In this document: in pieces, positions 27,521-37,537 of the stretch
How positions within the stretch are numbered: the first letter of the stretch is position 1
How the letters are laid out: each line of letters begins with the position of its first letter
Source of the DNA: Polyangiaceae bacterium
GTDB lineage: Bacteria; Myxococcota_A; Polyangia; Polyangiales; Polyangiaceae
DNA length: 64,000 bases
NCBI GenBank assembly: GCA_044376115.1
Contig: JBILLK010000001.1
Coordinates: 96,001-160,000, forward strand
Reading direction: 5' to 3'
Made by a program: the position numbers and the translations under genes
The notes under the pieces: model-generated
Seen by the model: only the letters and a program-made list of their open reading frames with translations
Told to the model about the DNA's origin: nothing
The model's database searches: none

Positions 27521-28741
27521 TCAAGGTCCAGAGCCGATGCGGGCCTGGAGAGCCTGGCCACGCGGGTCATTTGGCCAGCTTTCGGCGAACTTTCGGGCGT
27601 GATGCTCCGCCTCGGCTCGCGCACCGTACCGCAACGTGAGCAGCGCGAGATTGTACCGAGCATCAGGAGAGTTGGGACGTATCGCCAGCGCCCGTAGATA
27701 CGCTTGCCGCGACTCGTTGTAGTTGCCAGTGCGATCGAACACGAGAGCCCGGTTGTAGACGGCGTCGGCGTCGTTCGGGTTGGAGGCGATCAGCCGGTCG
27801 AGAAGGACGCCCGCAGGCTCGAGCTGGCCCGCGATGATTTGCAGGGCGGCCAGCAGCAATTCGGCGCCCCGGCCAGCACCGAGCTCCACGGCACGGGTCG
27901 CATGCTGCAACGCAGCCACCGAATCCCCTCGTTGGCTTGCGGTAAGAGCGGCCGCGTAGCTGATCCAACCATCGTCGCCAGCACCCCACGCTTGGAGGGC
28001 CGCATCGGCTTCGTCGGTGCGCTTGCCCAACGCAAACGCGAGCGCCTTCGCACGATTGATGCGGCGGTCTTGGGTTCCATCGCATCCCGACGCCTGCGCG
28101 AGCTCCTCCAGCGCGCTCGCAAAGCGGTCCCGCGACAACGCCGTCTCCGCGCGAACGGTACGGCAGTAGCAATGGTTCGGCTCGGCTGCGACGCACGCTG
28201 CGGTAAGCGGCTCACTTCGCGGCCCACCTTCGACTTCGTCCTTGAGCGCTTCCAACGCACGCGGGTTGGCCGGTGCCCGCGCGAGCAAGCTCCGCCATTG
28301 CTCGGCCTCCGAGGCGATCAACGTCGCAGAGTCGCGAAAGGAGAATAAGCCGAGCGCGATGGTGAGGATCGCAGCCCCCATCCGCTTGTTCTTGAAATTG
28401 GATCCGAGGTGAGCGCCAGCAAGCGTCGCCAAGGTCGAGGCCAGCGCAGCCCAAACGAAGGGAGCCACACCGTAGTAGGCCGAAAGCAACGGCTTCGAGC
28501 TGTTCTGCGCACCAACCAGCAGGGCAACCAGCGCCGCTGCATCCAGAACGGCCGCCAACTTGGACTCAAAGCCGAAGTAGTGACGCGCAAAGCGATACAC
28601 GAGTAGCGCCAGCACCAAAATGACGGCAACGCCTACCAAGCCGATGAGGACCGAGCCTGACGCAGTCGGTTCCGGAGAAAGGGCGGGCGGATAAAGAACC
28701 AGCCCCAAGAGCCAGGCGACTCGAACGAAAAACTCGATCAT
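27521..28741 (-). CDS. Membrane protein with C-terminal TPR repeats
   Basis: About 5 N-terminal TMs; EQWRSLLARAPANPRA; NPNDADAVYNRA and PNSPDARYNLA TPRs; ATGA-coupled to upstream gene. Confidence 0.8.
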   Translation of the reverse strand: MIEFFVRVAWLLGLVLYPPALSPEPTASGSVLIGLVGVAVILVLALLVYRFARHYFGFESKLAAVLDAAALVALLVGAQNSSKPLLSAYYGVAPFVWAALASTLATLAGAHLGSNFKNKRMGAAILTIALGLFSFRDSATLIASEAEQWRSLLARAPANPRALEALKDEVEGGPRSEPLTAACVAAEPNHCYCRTVRAETALSRDRFASALEELAQASGCDGTQDRRINRAKALAFALGKRTDEADAALQAWGAGDDGWISYAAALTASQRGDSVAALQHATRAVELGAGRGAELLLAALQIIAGQLEPAGVLLDRLIASNPNDADAVYNRALVFDRTGNYNESRQAYLRALAIRPNSPDARYNLALLTLRYGARAEAEHHARKFAESWPNDPRGQALQARIGSGP

Positions 28742-29973
28742 TCGACGAGGCAGCAAAAGGTGGTCGGGTCCGAGGGAACAGCAGCCCCTGAGGCAACCGC
28801 ACCACCGGCCGTAACTGGACAGTTACCTCCCGAGGGAGCCTGACTCACCGACGCGGAGCGACCCGCTACGGTTGGATTTCCCGTCAGATTCTGACACTGC
28901 CCGCTGTCCACGGTGTTGTCTGTCGGCAGCGGGGTCGTACAGCTACCGTCGCTGAAAAGCGCCAAACTCAGCTGGCAAGAACCGCCCGTAGCAGCGCCGC
29001 AACTGCACTCGCTGCACTCTCGGTTGTCGCTGATTCCGACATAGGAGAGCGTCTTCTGTGGATAACCCCCTGGGCACGCCTGATCGCCAACCTTTGCGAC
29101 GCAGGCTCGAGCCTCAAAGGGAGCTGGCCAGCGGGGCACGCATTTCTCAGTGCCTTCACAGCCCGATAGCGCGTCTGCACGGCAAGCCTTTCTCGCGCTG
29201 GTAAACGTTGGAACGCCACCGATCTGTTCGCCGCCACCAGCAACACAGGTCCCGTTGACCGGACGCGCCGTTGCGGCTTCAACCGCTGTATTGCAAGCAT
29301 TTCCAGAGCAGGTTGCACCCCCCGGTGCCGTATTCAAGGCAGTGCACGAGCCGTCCCACGAGGCGGGGATATTGAGCTCCGCTTGGGGCGCCGTTGCAGC
29401 CATTCCACATGCGGTGTTCTTGGTTCGTGCGCCCTGAAGGCCCGAAGCGCCGGAGTTGAAGTCGTTGAGTTCGCAGGCCGCCCATTGCGGCGAGCCGCAG
29501 CTGCAGTTTGAGCAGCTGGAGATGGTGTTGATCAGGTCCCCATTGCCGGTATGGACCTGGGACGACGTTCCCTCTGGGCAGTCGGGATCGTTGTTCGCCG
29601 ACCCTGCGTAGAGCGCGACAAGTCCAAACGTCCCCCAACCGACGGGAATGGCTGGCACACACTCGAGATCGGCCGTGCAGTCAGGATCCTCACAATCGGA
29701 GAGGCCGTCTTCGTCTTCATCGCCTGCAACAAAACAGTCTTCTGAGGGCGCCATACCGCCCATTCCGCCAAGGCCACCCAGTCCACCTTGACCACCCACT
29801 CCGCCGGCTCCGCCGCCACCCGTCGTTGCAGCTCCGCCGCCCGCAGTTCCGCCGCTCCCTGCGATGCCCCCTCCACCATTTTGGTCGAAGGTGTAGTCGG
29901 GAAACAGGCACCCGCAGAGCAATACCGAGCCCAAGAGCAATGGCGACGCGTGCATCAACACTCTGGAGCGCAT
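28738..29973 (-). CDS. Cys-rich lipoprotein with Gly-rich linker
   Basis: LCGC lipobox; poly-Gly; DEDEDGLSDCEDPDC; repeated CS.CSCG; terminal FCC. Confidence 0.85.
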   Translation of the reverse strand: MRSRVLMHASPLLLGSVLLCGCLFPDYTFDQNGGGGIAGSGGTAGGGAATTGGGGAGGVGGQGGLGGLGGMGGMAPSEDCFVAGDEDEDGLSDCEDPDCTADLECVPAIPVGWGTFGLVALYAGSANNDPDCPEGTSSQVHTGNGDLINTISSCSNCSCGSPQWAACELNDFNSGASGLQGARTKNTACGMAATAPQAELNIPASWDGSCTALNTAPGGATCSGNACNTAVEAATARPVNGTCVAGGGEQIGGVPTFTSARKACRADALSGCEGTEKCVPRWPAPFEARACVAKVGDQACPGGYPQKTLSYVGISDNRECSECSCGAATGGSCQLSLALFSDGSCTTPLPTDNTVDSGQCQNLTGNPTVAGRSASVSQAPSGGNCPVTAGGAVASGAAVPSDPTTFCCLVE

Positions 29974-29992
29974 TCGTTTGAGGCTATCACGA

Positions 29993-30973
29993 TCAGGACC
30001 ACGAAAATTCCACCGACGACCAGGAAAGCCCGGACCCGACCACCACGCAAGCCACCCTATCGCCCGGTTGATAGCTATCCCAGTGCTGGCTCATCACCAC
30101 CGGCGCGCCCGCTGCAGCTTGATTGCCATACTCGACGATATTGAATTGATGGCGGTCCGGTCGAACCTCGCAACGACGGACCACCGCCTCCAGCATCGTG
30201 AGGTTGGCCTGATGCCCGACGTAGATCACCTCTCCGCTTCGGTCGCCGGCGCGCTTCTGAATCTGCGACAAGAGCTCGCTCATTCGTTTGATCGCAAACT
30301 TCTGCACCGCAGAGCCGTTCTGGTGGAAGTGGCCGAGGCGGGGAATGACGACATCGTCGGCTCCGGAAGGCGCACCACCAAACGTCGTAAAGGTCGCAGC
30401 CACGCGAGAGACGTGCTTCGTCGAAACAACCGCGGCGGCCGTTGCATCGCCAAACAAGATCGCGCTCGAACGGTCTGAAAAGTCGGTGATCCGCGTGGTG
30501 TTCTCGGGCACGACCAAGAGCACCCAATCCGGGAGGGACATCCCCAGCTGACCGGCGAAGTGGATTTGCGCACCAAAGGTCGAACAGGCTGAGGAGAGGT
30601 CGAAGCACGGCACCTCAATCCCGAGCGCCTTGGCAATGCTGCTCGCCTCGGCGGGGATGCAGGTATCCGGCGAGCAGTCCCCCGCGATGACCATGCCAAT
30701 ATCGGCGGCCTTTAGTCCTGCGCGCGCTAGGGCCAACTCAGCGGCTCGCTTGCCGGTTTCAGCATTGGAGTAGAGCCGAGCCTCCTGCGCTCCACGGAGG
30801 TCCTTGTTCTTCGTGGTCCGAATGTAGTCGAGCGGTAAGACGGTACGGCGGTTCTTGATACCAACTCGCGAGACGATCCAATCGCTGTCCGTACCAATAT
30901 CGAGAGACTCCAAGAACGCGTTGTCGATCTGGTTCTCGGGATGAAAGTGGCCAAGCCCGTGGAGGTAGAGCAT
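29993..30973 (-). CDS. fabH: 3-oxoacyl-ACP synthase III family
   Basis: DTDSDWI.SRVGI..R, SACSTF (Cys), LFGDA, HQAN (His), YGN (Asn), GSGLSW. Confidence 0.9.
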   Translation of the reverse strand: MLYLHGLGHFHPENQIDNAFLESLDIGTDSDWIVSRVGIKNRRTVLPLDYIRTTKNKDLRGAQEARLYSNAETGKRAAELALARAGLKAADIGMVIAGDCSPDTCIPAEASSIAKALGIEVPCFDLSSACSTFGAQIHFAGQLGMSLPDWVLLVVPENTTRITDFSDRSSAILFGDATAAAVVSTKHVSRVAATFTTFGGAPSGADDVVIPRLGHFHQNGSAVQKFAIKRMSELLSQIQKRAGDRSGEVIYVGHQANLTMLEAVVRRCEVRPDRHQFNIVEYGNQAAAGAPVVMSQHWDSYQPGDRVACVVVGSGLSWSSVEFSWS

Positions 30974-31060
30974 CGCCTCAGGGTCCCTACTACAAACTGC
31001 TTCGTCAGCCCAAGAACCAGTCGATTGACGCAGCGAGTCGCCCCGAACAACCTTGCGATT

Positions 31061-31834
31061 GTGTCCGCCACCGTCGCATCGCTCGTGCAGGCCCTGGAAG
31101 TCGCTCGGCTTGAGTTGGGCACAAACGCCACGCTCGTATTTGACGCGGATGGCACCCTTTGGTCAGGAGACGTCGGCGTCGACCTGTTCTCCGCAGCAAT
31201 GGAGCGGGGCGCCATTCGTGAGCTCGCCGTGCCGCAACTGAAGGCGGAGGCAAAGGCCGCTGGCGTCGATCCCAATCTGCCTACAGCTGACCTGGCCCGC
31301 GCCTTGTTGCGCGCCAACGAACTCGGTCAGTACGAAAACGCTCGTGCGTTTGCCATGATGGCCTGGGTTTTCGCCGGGTACAGCGAGCAGGAAATGTTGC
31401 AGTTCGCAGAAGAGGTCGTGCTCGATGTGCGGCTCAGCGAGCGCGCCTTCGACTATGCACGCACCGTCATCGCGTGGGCCCGCAGTCGCGAAGTCGCAGT
31501 CAAGATCTGCTCCGCGTCACCGCGCTCGATCGTTGAGGTCGGAGCGCGAATCTTCGGTCTCACAGCCGATGACGTCATCGGCGTTACGCCCGCAGTTATC
31601 AACGGCGTACTCACGCCGGAGCTGGTCCCAGGCCCCCTGCCGTACGCAGAGGGGAAAGTCGCCCGCCTTCGCGAACGTCTGCCCGAGGCGCAGTTACTCG
31701 GCGGCTTCGGGGATAGCCTGGCCGACTTGCACTTTCTTGAGCTGTGCGCGGTGCCGGTCGCAGTCAAACCAGCCGCCGGCTTGCGCAAGGTTGTCGCGAG
31801 CACCCCACGAATGTTGCTGATTGACGGGGACTGA
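31061..31834 (+). CDS. HAD-IB family hydrolase (phosphoserine phosphatase-like)
   Basis: FDADGTLW, CSAS, GK, GDS..D motifs. Start uncertain; the track start at 30941 overlaps fabH. Confidence 0.85.
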   Translation: MSATVASLVQALEVARLELGTNATLVFDADGTLWSGDVGVDLFSAAMERGAIRELAVPQLKAEAKAAGVDPNLPTADLARALLRANELGQYENARAFAMMAWVFAGYSEQEMLQFAEEVVLDVRLSERAFDYARTVIAWARSREVAVKICSASPRSIVEVGARIFGLTADDVIGVTPAVINGVLTPELVPGPLPYAEGKVARLRERLPEAQLLGGFGDSLADLHFLELCAVPVAVKPAAGLRKVVASTPRMLLIDGD

Positions 31835-31887
31835 CCGCCACCGGCCCCAATCTTGGCCAGATGGTGAACCGCTGGTAGAGCAGCGCC

Positions 31888-32967
31888 GTGTCCTACCTGC
31901 AGCTCCGAGGCGTCAATAAACGGTTCGACGGCACGCAGCGTGCGGCGGTCTCGGCCCTCGACTTGAGCGTGGACCAGGGTGAGGTGGTGGTCCTCGTGGG
32001 CCCCTCAGGCTGCGGAAAATCAACGGCACTACGCATCATCGCCGGCCTCACCGATGCTGACGGCGGCAGCGTCGAGCTGGGCGGCCGCGAGCTCACGGGC
32101 GTCGCGCCACAGGATCGCGATATCGCGATGGTGTTCCAAGGCTACGCCCTCTACCCCCATATGTCGGTCGCCGAGAACATCGAGTTCCCACTCAAGATGC
32201 GCGGCGTACCAACGGCAGAGCGGCGCAAGGCGTCTGTCGAGGCTGCCTCGATGCTCGGATTGGAGCCTCTTTTAAAGCGTTATCCGCATGAACTCTCCGG
32301 CGGCGAACGCCAACGCGTTGCCATGGGTCGTGCGATCGTACGCAAGCCGAAGCTCTTCCTTTTCGATGAGCCGCTATCCAACTTAGACGCGGCACTTCGC
32401 GCGGAGCTCCGCGTGGAACTCGCCAAGCTACTACGCAAGCTTGAAGCAACGGCCATCTACGTAACCCACGACCAAGTCGAGGCGATGACGCTCTCGGACA
32501 GACTCGTCGTCATGCGCAATGGCCACGTGGAACAAGCCGATCTCCCTCGTGTGGTCTATGAACAGCCAAGTTCGCAATTCGTGGCTGGCTTCCTCGGTTC
32601 ACCGCCAATCAACCTTGCCGAGCTCGCTCGAACCGAGGGCCGCTTCTCGATCGGCAAGCTCGAGCTCGACTTCAAGGGCAGCGAAGAGCGAGTGATCTGG
32701 GCTCTCCGCCCAGAAGCGATCACCGTCATGCACGACAATTCGGAAGCCGCTGGGTCGGAGGTGATGGCGAAAGTCACCTTGGTCGAGCCGCTCGGCGCCG
32801 AAACGATCGTCCACGCTCGCGTGGAAAATCCTAGCGGACAGCCCTTCGAGCTGCGAGCTGTTTGCCGCGGGTTCTTCAAGCCGGCCCGCGATGCCACCAT
32901 CGCCTTGAAGCTCGAAACGAAAGCCTCGCTGTTCTTCGACCCGGAGACTGGCAGGCGGCTCTCGTGA
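31888..32967 (+). CDS. ugpC: CUT1 ABC transporter ATPase (UgpC/MalK-like)
   Basis: GPSGCGKST, LSGGERQR, FDEPLSNLDA, TOBE-like C-terminus. Confidence 0.88.
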   Translation: MSYLQLRGVNKRFDGTQRAAVSALDLSVDQGEVVVLVGPSGCGKSTALRIIAGLTDADGGSVELGGRELTGVAPQDRDIAMVFQGYALYPHMSVAENIEFPLKMRGVPTAERRKASVEAASMLGLEPLLKRYPHELSGGERQRVAMGRAIVRKPKLFLFDEPLSNLDAALRAELRVELAKLLRKLEATAIYVTHDQVEAMTLSDRLVVMRNGHVEQADLPRVVYEQPSSQFVAGFLGSPPINLAELARTEGRFSIGKLELDFKGSEERVIWALRPEAITVMHDNSEAAGSEVMAKVTLVEPLGAETIVHARVENPSGQPFELRAVCRGFFKPARDATIALKLETKASLFFDPETGRRLS

Positions 32968-34223
32968 GCAGCAGCCAACTTGGAAGACGCGGCCTATTGC
33001 AGGCCTCGTCCGCGACGATTGTCTCTTCGCTGGTTGGCTGCAAAGAAGACAACCGGCCGCCACTGTGGTTCAGCTATGGCGGTAAGAATCGCGAAGAGCT
33101 GCTCAAGCTGGTTGATGAGTTCAACAAGCTCGAGCCCGCCCACGCGCTGAAGCCGGTCTTTCAAGGAGACTACTTTGAGCTGCTTGCGAAGCTTCGAACC
33201 GCGCTCTCCGCAGGCCGGGCCCCTGCCGTCACCCACGTAATCGCAGAGGTGGTTCCCTACCTCGTTCAAGCAAACGTGCTCGCCGACCTGAGCCCACTTC
33301 TCGAGGGCGACCTCGAGCTGGTTCCGCAGCTCTCCGAGCTAGGCACCTATTCTGGTAAGCAGCAGCCAGGAACGTTCGGGCTACCGTTCAATCGCAGCAC
33401 GCCCATCGCCTACTTCAATGGCAACCAACTAAAGGAGCTCGGCCTTTCGCCGCCCACCACCTGGAGCGAGCTACGGACCTTCGCGCAGGCGGCGACCAGC
33501 TCCACATCCTCGGGCACCCGCTATGGGTTTGCTTGCCCGGTCGATTGGTGGTTCTGGGTTGCCCTCGTGTACCAGGCGGGCGGCGAGCTCTGCGATCAAG
33601 AGGGCCGGTTTACGCTCGGCGGCGAGGCCGGGGTTGAAGCGCTCGCGCTCTGGCAAGCGCTCGTGCATGAGGACAAGACGATGCGGCCGCCCTCAGGACG
33701 TGACTACACCGCTTGGGGCAATATCAATCAGGAGTTCCTCGCAGGCCGGTTCGCCATGATCTGGAACTCCTCGGCCTTCCTCCGCTACCTCGAGACCAAC
33801 GCGAGCTTTCCCGTGATCGCCGCTCCCTTGCCTGCCAAGCTCACGACCGGGGTACCGTCGGGTGGGACGATGTTCGTCGTCCCAAACAGTTGCCCGCCCG
33901 AATGGCGTGAAGGGGTCGGCAGGTTTCTTCGCTTCATGATGAGCCCGCGATGTTCAAACCAGTTCGCGACCAATACCGGCTATATCCCAGTTACCCGGCC
34001 AGGCATCCAGACGCTCCAAGAAGCCGGGCACTACAAGCGATTCCCCAATGACGCTGTCGCCATCGGCCAACTCGAGGCGGTGCGCCCATGGCCCTGGAGC
34101 AAAAAGCTGTTTCGCGTTCAGCGCGAAGTGATGCAGTCCCGCCTCGAGGCGGCCGTGCTGAACAACGAACACCCTGCACAGGCCATGAGAGCGGCGATCC
34201 AAGCGGTTGCGGTGGAGACATGA
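32964..34223 (+). CDS. ugpB: ABC substrate-binding lipoprotein, UgpB-like (Tat/lipoprotein signal)
   Basis: GRRGLL..LVGC; LPFNRSTPIAYFN, PPTTW.E, TGYIP; GTGA overlap. Confidence 0.8.
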   Translation: MSSSQLGRRGLLQASSATIVSSLVGCKEDNRPPLWFSYGGKNREELLKLVDEFNKLEPAHALKPVFQGDYFELLAKLRTALSAGRAPAVTHVIAEVVPYLVQANVLADLSPLLEGDLELVPQLSELGTYSGKQQPGTFGLPFNRSTPIAYFNGNQLKELGLSPPTTWSELRTFAQAATSSTSSGTRYGFACPVDWWFWVALVYQAGGELCDQEGRFTLGGEAGVEALALWQALVHEDKTMRPPSGRDYTAWGNINQEFLAGRFAMIWNSSAFLRYLETNASFPVIAAPLPAKLTTGVPSGGTMFVVPNSCPPEWREGVGRFLRFMMSPRCSNQFATNTGYIPVTRPGIQTLQEAGHYKRFPNDAVAIGQLEAVRPWPWSKKLFRVQREVMQSRLEAAVLNNEHPAQAMRAAIQAVAVET

Positions 34224-35101
34224 AACCGCGGTCCCGAGTGCACCCGTATCTGATGGTCGCGCCAACCGTTTTGGTGCTGAGCGTCTTCTTCGTCGTTCCG
34301 CTGATAAGGTCCTTGCAACTGAGCTTTAGCCATTGGGACCTGCTGACGCCGCCCGAGCCAGCGGGGCTATCCAACTACGACCGACTGATTTCGAGTGGGC
34401 AGCTTCTAGGCATCGTCTCGAGGACCCTTACCTTTGGCGTCATCGTTGTCGTTGGCAGCACCTCGCTCGGCTTGCTACTGGCGATCTTGCTCAATCGCCA
34501 AGGCCGCATTTACGCATTTGTTCGCGGCGCCGTCTTCAGCGCCTACGTCGTCTCCTGGGTAGCGGTTGCGCTCTTATGGATGTGGCTCTTGGACGGTGAC
34601 GCTGGGCTCGTCTCGAGGCTCTTTCGAGCGGTTGGGCTACCGACAACCAATTGGCTAGGGAACCCGAGCACGGCTCTTTATGCCATTGCCGCCGTCACGA
34701 TCTGGAAGATCACCGGCTACGCCATGGTGATCTACCTGGCTGGGCTAACAGCTATTCCTCAATCTTTGTATGAGGCGGCCGCGTTGGATGGCGCCAAGCG
34801 CTGGAGCCTGTTTTGGCATATCACGTGGCCCTCGCTCAAACCAACGACGGTCTTCGTAGCGACCACGGGTCTCATCATGAGCTTTCAAGCGTTCGATGTC
34901 GTGCGGGTGATGACGCAAGGCGGACCAGCCCAGTCCACGACGCTCTTCGTCTATGCCATCTACGAAGAGATCTTTCAGAACCTGCGCGTTGGCCGAGCCA
35001 GCGCCCTGATCGTCTGCTTCTTTGTGCTGCTCATGGGGTTGACCGCGCTCAACCTCAGGGCATTTCGCCAGCGCACCTCGAGCGCTGAGGGCTCACGATG
35101 A
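34220..35101 (+). CDS. ugpA: CUT1 ABC permease (UgpA-like)
   Basis: EAAALDGA, FDVV..MTQGGP; ATGA overlap. Confidence 0.85.
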   Translation: MKPRSRVHPYLMVAPTVLVLSVFFVVPLIRSLQLSFSHWDLLTPPEPAGLSNYDRLISSGQLLGIVSRTLTFGVIVVVGSTSLGLLLAILLNRQGRIYAFVRGAVFSAYVVSWVAVALLWMWLLDGDAGLVSRLFRAVGLPTTNWLGNPSTALYAIAAVTIWKITGYAMVIYLAGLTAIPQSLYEAAALDGAKRWSLFWHITWPSLKPTTVFVATTGLIMSFQAFDVVRVMTQGGPAQSTTLFVYAIYEEIFQNLRVGRASALIVCFFVLLMGLTALNLRAFRQRTSSAEGSR

Positions 35102-35916
35102 AGTCCGGTTGGCCCTCTCGCCTTGCGGGCAATACCGCATTGATCGCGGCCGGGACACTCTGGCTGCTTCCCTATGCGTGGATGACAACGACGTCCTTCA
35201 AGAGCCTCGATGAGATCGTCCGTGCGCCTACCGCGCCGTGGGCAGAGCGGCCCAACTTAGACGCCTACCGCGAGGTATTTCAGAGCGTCCCGGTCGGGCG
35301 CTACCTACTCAATACAGTCATCATGGCGCTCTTGATCGCGACGCTGCAGATTCTACTGGCGCTGCCAGCTGGCTACGCCCTCGCTAAGTTGCATTGGCGT
35401 GGCAGACGTGCGGCCATGAGCCTCGTGCTCGGCTGCCTGCTCATTCCTCCGCAGGTAACCTTCGTCTCGGTCTTTGCGATGCTAGCTCCGTTGGGGCTCA
35501 TCAACACCATGACCTCCTTGGTTGCGCCCTTCGCTGTAAGTGCCTTTGGAACCTTTCTAGTACGGCAAGCACTAATCGCTATTCCCGACGAGATCGTGGA
35601 GGCAGCGCGACTGGACGGGGCATCAGAACTGCGGATCATCTTTGGTATCCTCGCTCCGCTCCTGAGGCCCACCTTGGTGGCGATGTTCCTGTTCTCGTTC
35701 ATCTACCACTACTCGGACTACTTCTGGCCGCTGGTGATGACCACCGATGATGTGAACCGAACACTGCCGATGGGCATCGCCCTCTTGCGGGAACAGGGAA
35801 CCGGCGTTCGTTGGCACATCGTGATGGCAGGCAACGTGATCCTCTCTGCCCCCGTGCTGCTCGTGTTTCTCGTGGCTCAGCGCCACATCATCCGGGCCGT
35901 CGCCAGGAGCAGCTGA
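35098..35916 (+). CDS. ugpE: CUT1 ABC permease (UgpE-like)
   Basis: IPDEIVEAARLDGA, YFWPL. Confidence 0.85.
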   Translation: MKSGWPSRLAGNTALIAAGTLWLLPYAWMTTTSFKSLDEIVRAPTAPWAERPNLDAYREVFQSVPVGRYLLNTVIMALLIATLQILLALPAGYALAKLHWRGRRAAMSLVLGCLLIPPQVTFVSVFAMLAPLGLINTMTSLVAPFAVSAFGTFLVRQALIAIPDEIVEAARLDGASELRIIFGILAPLLRPTLVAMFLFSFIYHYSDYFWPLVMTTDDVNRTLPMGIALLREQGTGVRWHIVMAGNVILSAPVLLVFLVAQRHIIRAVARSS

Positions 35917-35943
35917 CGCAAAGGGTGGGCGGCCAATGATCCA

Positions 35944-35961
35944 CGAATGATGCGTCATTCG
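35944..35961. promoter_or_regulatory. Intergenic inverted repeat (operator or hairpin)
   Basis: CGAATGA-TGCG-TCATTCG. Confidence 0.4.
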
Positions 35962-36004
35962 ATGGTTGTCCCTGCCTGGAGTGAGTTGTGCTTGAGTATG
36001 ACTC

Positions 36005-37432
36005 ATGTTGAGCCGCACTCGTCGCTTCGTCACCGCCCTGGCCCTTGCCCTGCCCGTCCTCGTCTCCTGTGACAACGGCACCGAGTCCAACTCGGACGAC
36101 ATCACCGACGTCAAGAACTCCTCGGTCAAGAACCAATCGATCGGCAATTGTTGGGTCTACGCCACGATCGGCTGGGCAGAATCACTGCACCTCACCCAGT
36201 CCGGCGAGGAGCTCAATCTCTCGGAGTCATACATCACGTACATGCACTGGCTCGAGGAGATTGCCGGGCCGCCGAAGGGCGAAGTGACCGTAGCGAGCTT
36301 GGACAAGGGCCAACTCTCGACCGGTGGCTGGTTCGGGCTCGCGGCAGAGTTGATGCGTCGTTACGGAGTCATCTCCGAAGGAAAGTTCATTCCCGAAGAG
36401 GCCGAAGCAGCTCGCTCCTCACGCCAGTCTTCGGCGCTCGCGGCGATGAACGAGTCGCTCAAGAACGGCGCCCTCAAGGACACTGCGGCCAGGCGCGATC
36501 GAAAGCTCGTACGCAAGGAGCTCGATAAGGCCTGGGGCCTCACGCCAGAAACCACGGCTCTACTCGACAAGGTGTTTGGCGCTGACATGTCCAAGACCCT
36601 GATCTCGGGTGTCAGCCTGCCGGCTGGCTCTGGGCTGATGCACCCCAAAGACATAACGGTGGGTAGCAAGATTTCGCTCGCCGACGCGATCGGAACGCCC
36701 GCGTCCAGCACCAACGTGCTCCAGCGCAAAGGGAAGTACGCCTGGAATGAGGTCTCCTATCCGACGACAGCCAAAGCACGGCGCGACTTCTTCAAGAAGA
36801 TGCAGAGCGCAATGCACGTCGGAATGCCGGTGGTGATGGTCTGGTACGTCGACTTTGCTGCTTTGGACGGCCAGAACCGCTTCATGGCACCTCCGACCAC
36901 CCCCGGTCGACAGGGCGGGCATATGACGATTGTCGAGGACTACCAGGTCTCCAACGTTCCAGGGTTCGGCACGCTCGCCGCGGGCACCTTGGTGACCGAC
37001 AACAAGGCGCTCGACGCTGCTCTGGCAGACCAAGCCACCATCGACTTCATTCGTATGAAGAACTCGTGGGGCTCAAGCCTCGCGCCGCCCGAGGCAAGCA
37101 CCGACCTCCGAGGCTATTATGATATTTATAAAAAGTACATGGACGGCCCCCTGACGAAGTGCACGGAGGCGAACGGCGACAAGTGCGGTAAGAAGACCAA
37201 TACTGCTGGGCTCACCGGGCTGGTCCTTCCCCCTGAAGCGTTCGTCACGGCTTCACTGGTCAAAGAAGGCGCCTGCGGGGACATCTGCATTGCAGGTCCA
37301 GCCCGGTCGCCGTCCTGTGATGAGTGCACCGACTTGATTTGCAGTGAGGACGCGTTCTGCTGCGCCAACGAATGGGATGCAGCTTGTGTCGACAAGGCTA
37401 CGGCCATCTGCGATCTTTCGTGCACTCAGTAG
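36005..37432 (+). CDS. Papain-like (C1) cysteine peptidase lipoprotein with Cys-rich C-terminal module
   Basis: LVSC lipobox; NQSIGNCW, LSESY, GGHM, KNSWG; tail IC..DAFCC..EWD..CV. Confidence 0.82.
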   Translation: MLSRTRRFVTALALALPVLVSCDNGTESNSDDITDVKNSSVKNQSIGNCWVYATIGWAESLHLTQSGEELNLSESYITYMHWLEEIAGPPKGEVTVASLDKGQLSTGGWFGLAAELMRRYGVISEGKFIPEEAEAARSSRQSSALAAMNESLKNGALKDTAARRDRKLVRKELDKAWGLTPETTALLDKVFGADMSKTLISGVSLPAGSGLMHPKDITVGSKISLADAIGTPASSTNVLQRKGKYAWNEVSYPTTAKARRDFFKKMQSAMHVGMPVVMVWYVDFAALDGQNRFMAPPTTPGRQGGHMTIVEDYQVSNVPGFGTLAAGTLVTDNKALDAALADQATIDFIRMKNSWGSSLAPPEASTDLRGYYDIYKKYMDGPLTKCTEANGDKCGKKTNTAGLTGLVLPPEAFVTASLVKEGACGDICIAGPARSPSCDECTDLICSEDAFCCANEWDAACVDKATAICDLSCTQ

Positions 37433-37492
37433 ACTAAGCCAGCGCCTTCCCAGCTGCATCCGCCCAAGGCCTCACAACGTCGTTGTGGGGCC

Positions 37493-37536
37493 TTGACGTT
37501 TCCATCGCTGGAGACCATTGTTGAGTCCGAACTCAA
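37493..37536 (+). promoter_or_regulatory. Promoter with overlapping palindromic TetR operator
   Basis: TTGACG-N17-CATTGT, then TTGAGT-CCGA-ACTCAA (37521-37536) just before the tetR ATG. Confidence 0.6.
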
Positions 37537-37537
37537 A

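Noticed and set aside
29993..30973. Type III PKS or secondary metabolite cluster
   Set aside because: Motifs are FabH-like, and no ACP or tailoring genes are adjacent.
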